This document shows positions 56,262 through 64,000 of a DNA stretch of 64,000 nt, piece after piece. The stretch is from Eledone cirrhosa (lineage: Eukaryota). The notes beneath the pieces are model-generated. The model made no database searches. It was not told the DNA's origin and saw only the letters and a program-made list of their open reading frames with translations. A program made the position numbers and the translations under genes. The stretch's first letter is position 1; every line of letters starts with the position of its first letter. Location: NCBI GenBank assembly GCA_964016885.1, contig OZ024743.1:47182001-47246000 (forward strand). Direction: 5' to 3'.

Positions 56262-56532
56262 GTGGCCTCCCCACAGCCCTGGCGGACAGAATAGAGAAGG
56301 CATTTCCCCGGAGGACGGCAGGGGAGAAGAGGGGTTTGCCACCACGGAACGGGAAGATGGTCATACCATCTGGCCTTTTGCCGTCCCCTCGGTCCAGCTC
56401 CACCGGCTCGAGCTGGGAAGGGAAGCCTGCAGCGTCCAAGCATGCTTTATGACCTCCTTGAGGGCAGCATGGCGTGGAAGGCGGCCGGCACTGTGGCGAC
56501 AGGAAAGCGGGTGGAGGTTAAAAGAGTCCACA
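56262..56532 (-). mobile_element. Internally deleted 3' fragment of the CRE-like element
   Basis: DAAGFPSQLEPVELDRGDGKRPDG..PFRGGKPL / AVLRGNAFSIL, matches 48190-48720. Confidence 0.85.
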
Positions 56533-57350
56533 ACTCTAGATATGTTTCAGCAAAGCATAGACATCTCTCAACCCGATGTACAATAACCTACGCCAGCACG
56601 GTTTGAAAATTACCATTATTGGGAAGGGATTGACCGGAGCTAGCGAGGCCATATTTTAGAAATGTCAACCTCACTTGGATCGCTTCCAGGAAATTGCATT
56701 TCAAAATATTTTTTTACAAATTATTTTATTTAAATCTTTGTTACAATTCATTCAAATTAAATCTTTGTTAAAAAGGTTAGAGCAATAACAACAACTACAA
56801 CAATAATAATTGGAGCAAAAATAGCAACAGCAATAATAGCAAAAACAACGACAACAAATCTATCACTGAACTGATTTCATATCCTTTAACAAGTAAATGA
56901 TGACCTTTAACAAGTAAAGCTCGAAATTAATAAGGATACGTCCAGCATCTAAGATGAGTTCATTCAAAACAAAAATGTGCACGCATCACCTCTCTCATAC
57001 ACATGCATATATATATATATATATATATAAAGAAGAAATTAAAAGATGGTTAAAAAAGTTCCATATATATATATATATATATGTGTGTGTGTAATAGGTA
57101 AACAGAAATAACAACACAATCGGTACAGTATATAGAAGGGATACATTAGGTTAACGCTTGATATAGCAGGAAGAGGGTCTTAACGTTAGGATATGCTGTT
57201 GATGAGGACGAAGGGATAGTTATACATAGCCAGCAGCATATCCCAATGATTTCAAATGAAAAATCATGAAGTCACATGAATAACCATGTCACAGAAATAT
57301 ATATCATGTAATAAACAATAATGGTGAAATAATCCCGTCTTAACTACACT

Positions 57351-57416
<66 letters not shown>

Positions 57417-57615
57417 TACTCCTGAGTAGGAGGATTCAGCCTTGACTTTAATAAAGAATGTATCAATCTCTGCTACGGTATTTTGTATTCAACCTCGCGA
57501 CCATCATATCACCGTAAGTACTAAAATTATGCAAATTAGTAGGACCAGTTCTCTAGTTCAACCAAGTCTGATGCGAAAATGAAACATTTGGCTCTGTGTT
57601 TCTTCGTGGGTTGTG

Positions 57616-57867
57616 AAAGATAGACAATTTTTGATGATCTCAACAAAGATCGAAATTTGAGTCAAGTTTATCTTTGACAATCTACAAAGAAATACTTAAG
57701 ACATATTTCCACGCTTAAATATTTAAAATATATATTTCAAAATATGTGTCTATGTACACATTTCTCGCAGCTTCGGTTTAAAACCTGCACATATAGGAAT
57801 TTATGACACACACATGTGCACACACACACACACACACACACACACGCCCCCCCCCCCCACACACACA

Positions 57868-57918
<51 letters not shown>

Positions 57919-58262
57919 GCGAGACAAACCACACCAGAAACACAAACCATCTCAATTTTACTTTTGAAAATCATAAGAACTGTGAAACTGGTAAAGTAAG
58001 TAAATAAATATTCTTAAAAGACTCCAGTTGCATTACCAATTTTTTTCCTAATATATATATGTATGTATACACACACACGCACACACACACACACGCATAC
58101 ACACACACACACACACGCATACACACACACACATATATACACACACACATTTTATTTATTTACTTTACCTTACCAGTTTCACAGTTCTTATGATTTTCAA
58201 AAGTCAAATTGAGATGGAGGGTTTATGTTTCTGTTGTGGATTGTCTCGTATATATATATATA

Positions 58263-58352
<90 letters not shown>

Positions 58353-58523
58353 ATAAATTCCTATCTGTGCACGTTTTAAACCGAAGCTGCGAGAAATGTG
58401 TTGAAATATGTTTTAAATATTTAAGCGTGGAAATATGTCTTAAGTATTTCTTTGTAGATTGTCAAAGATAAACTTGACTCAAATTTCGATCTTTGTTGAG
58501 ATCATCAAAACTTGTCTATCTTT
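57616..58523. repeat. ~390 bp inverted repeat pair (57616-58010 / 58151-58523)
   Basis: Reverse-complement match by eye, including an internal CA/TA microsatellite. Confidence 0.85.
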
Positions 58524-58597
58524 ATTAAAAGAGTCTTCACATTTATTATTATTAATGTTTTTTCTCACAAAAAAATTTCAGTTTAAATAAATGGGGT

Positions 58598-58674
<77 letters not shown>

Positions 58675-58675
<1 letters not shown>

Positions 58676-58795
58676 CGATGAGCCACTCTGATTTTTTAAA
58701 TATGTTAATTATTTTCAACTGAACCAGATCAATTATGATACATAGTCATCTGATCCAGAAATATTATACTGAGTAGCGAAACAATTGTAAACGGG
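58675..58795 (+). ncRNA. Hammerhead-like motif with long stem II insert in element 58673-58920
   Basis: CCGATGA-GCcACTC...GAGTaGC-GAAA-CAATTG-TA; stem I 5' strand truncated at (TA)n. Confidence 0.6.
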
Positions 58796-58917
58796 CATTA
58801 TTATTATTAATATTTATTATTATTATTCTCTACATTCCTTACATCAAACTAAATATGTTGACAATCTTTTAATAATGTCTTCCTTGTGAAATTTGTGGTC
58901 TTGTTTTGCTTAACTAA

Positions 58918-61753
<2,836 letters not shown>

Positions 61754-61828
61754 TCGGGAGTTACACAGGCGCAAATTGTATTGATAGTAACACTTTTGAA
61801 AACAACATGGGGTATACATACATATATA

Positions 61829-61860
61829 TCTGTATATATATAAAGCTAAAGTTTTCTGTA

Positions 61861-61901
<41 letters not shown>

Positions 61902-62443
61902 ACAATTTTTAATGAGGGCTCATATATTCTAAACCATTCATGCGATTTCTTTGAAATTTTTTACGGAACTTCTCCTTGCACAAAACCTGTACATGATCTA
62001 CAAAGGCTTCCAAAAATCGATATTGGGGCCTTTGGAGACATTAAAAAAGTCTCGGTTATTTGTGTCAATTTTCGTGATTAAGTAAGACAAGAGTTATCTT
62101 TCCACAATACAATAGGAACTCATTTTTGATGTTGTCAAACATTTTGTTTTGGGATTTTGATTATTACAATTCGGCTCATTCGGATTTTACTTTACTCTTT
62201 GTACTTGAAGCAAAAGGTTTTACTGTTGTCAAAAAAATGTATACCTAGATTGGATTTCTGTTGTTACATGGGATAACGGATGACACCGAGCTCACATATT
62301 AATTATTTCGCTGGAATAGTGCCTAAGGTTTTCATGTTTACATAAAGTACGTTTTCTTCTATGTATTCAAATTTACTTTGTTTAGTTTAGTGAGCTACAT
62401 CGAAAGCTACTTGAACCATCCAAAGGACGGGTAGTTTAGCTAG
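61829..62443 (+). mobile_element. Possible non-autonomous Helitron
   Basis: 5' TCtgtatatatataaag and 3' acgggtagtttagCTAG|T ends. Confidence 0.45.
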
Positions 62444-62469
62444 TATATATATATATATATATATATATA

Positions 62470-63037
62470 GGATAACAATAAATTGTTAAAGGTAATTGGA
62501 TAAGAGTCTGCGAAAACAACGTCTCATGGACAGTTTAAGCACACGGTAATGTGTGACTCGGCAAGATGTTTACGTTGGTGACAATTGTGCTTGTATTCCT
62601 ATGTAAATATAGCTTAGAGTAATAAAAAAGTTAAGAATAACATGGTTGACAAAACAAACAAGGGTATTTATTTATAGTCTTACAATTGTTTCCATGGTAG
62701 AGTTGTCTATAAATTGCTAAATACTGGAGAAGTACAATTCAACTTACAATACATTTAAAACCAACCATTTCATCAGAAACCATTAAGAAATATAAAATAT
62801 TTATTTATTTAACATTAACAATAGTATTGATGTAGTAGTTTGAATTTTTAAGTTTACTGTTACGCATATATTTTATATTTCTTAATGGTTTCTGATGAAA
62901 TGGTTGAATTTAAATGCATTGTAAGTTGAATTGTACTTCTCCAGTATTTAGCAATTTATAGACAATTCTACCATGGAAACAATTGTAAGACTATAAATAA
63001 ATATTCTTCTTTGTTTTATCAACCATGTTATTCTTAA

Positions 63038-63042
<5 letters not shown>
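62470..63042. mobile_element. Asymmetric fold-back with hammerheads on both strands
   Basis: Arms 62624-62800 / 62867-63042; ATGGTTT-CTGATGA-aATGGT..ACCATg-GAAA-CAATTG-TA-AGACTAT at 62885-62994; ~150 nt extension on the left. Confidence 0.85.
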
Positions 63043-63123
<81 letters not shown>

Positions 63124-63673
63124 CCATGTTGTAGTGCACATGCTTTATTTAAACTGAATTTTTTTTCCGCACTAATTAAGTTTCGCGCCACTGCGATCTT
63201 CAGATCTCGTTTCAAGACCGCAGATGTGTGCAACTGGAATAACGAAAATGTAAATTAATTTTAAATTACATACACACACGCACATATATCTATATGCATG
63301 TGTGCGTGCGCGCGCGCGTGTCTGTGTGTGTGCTTGTGTGAAACAATACCTTCCTAGCTAGTAAATACAATCTCTTAAACAAGAGGTAGGGGAAAACATT
63401 TGAAAACATCCGATACAACGTTTTATTTCTTTAAGATTGTTATGAAAAAACAGAAGAAATGTCTCGGGAGTTACACAGGAGCAAATTGTATTGATAGTAA
63501 CACTTTTGAAAACAAACATGCAGAGAATTTTTACATAATATTATATTTTCTTGTAGTTGATCTTAGTATACTTGTGAGAATGGACACGGAAACAGTCTTA
63601 AAACTTCCAAACATACATACATACATACATACACACACACATACATACATACATACATACATACATACATACA

Positions 63674-63707
<34 letters not shown>

Positions 63708-64000
63708 CATACATATATACATATATACATACATATATACATATATGATGGCTGCCCCCTCGTTATCGAGTATGGCCATTGCACGATATACCATTATTAA
63801 TAACTATTAATAATTATTAATTAATTCTATCGTGTAATGCACTGTGATAATTGCTGGCCTTGTGCCAAATGTAGAAACAATTATTTTCTAATTTACTAAT
63901 CCCAGCTCTGTGAGATAACTTTATTACTACCACTACCACACTTACTGCATCCACACATATACCAACCACTAACAACAACACCACCATCAGTCCTCACACC

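Overview
Eukaryotic, AT-rich, microsatellite-dense DNA, most likely a coleoid cephalopod (octopus-like); this is inferred from the SINE families and repeat landscape, not from a database match. The only host gene I can support is four phase-compatible minus-strand exons of a CUB-domain protein (22106 to 2860). Most of the remaining sequence is mobile DNA. It includes two long Naiad-type Penelope-like elements (RT plus C-terminal GIY-YIG), many short Penelope-derived insertions in (TA)n/(CA)n that carry type I hammerhead ribozymes, R4/Dong-like RLE elements inside (CATA)n, RTE-derived elements, CRE-like LINEs, tRNA-SINEs, mariner/pogo MITEs and a Chapaev-like relic. Three things stand out. (1) A ~6.9 kb 15-bp satellite whose unit ACA TAT GTA GGT AAG is the T-Y-V-G-K (YIG-motif) codon block of the GIY-YIG fragment that directly follows it, suggesting a satellite born from reiterative copying by a telomerase-related RT. 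(2) About 14 insertions from different families share an asymmetric fold-back design: two outward-facing 3' ends, only one with an extension. (3) Those extensions share a covarying hairpin with an invariant AU bulge, a candidate cis-acting RNA element. Most ORFs in the supplied track are microsatellite translation artefacts. All alignments and folds were done by eye.
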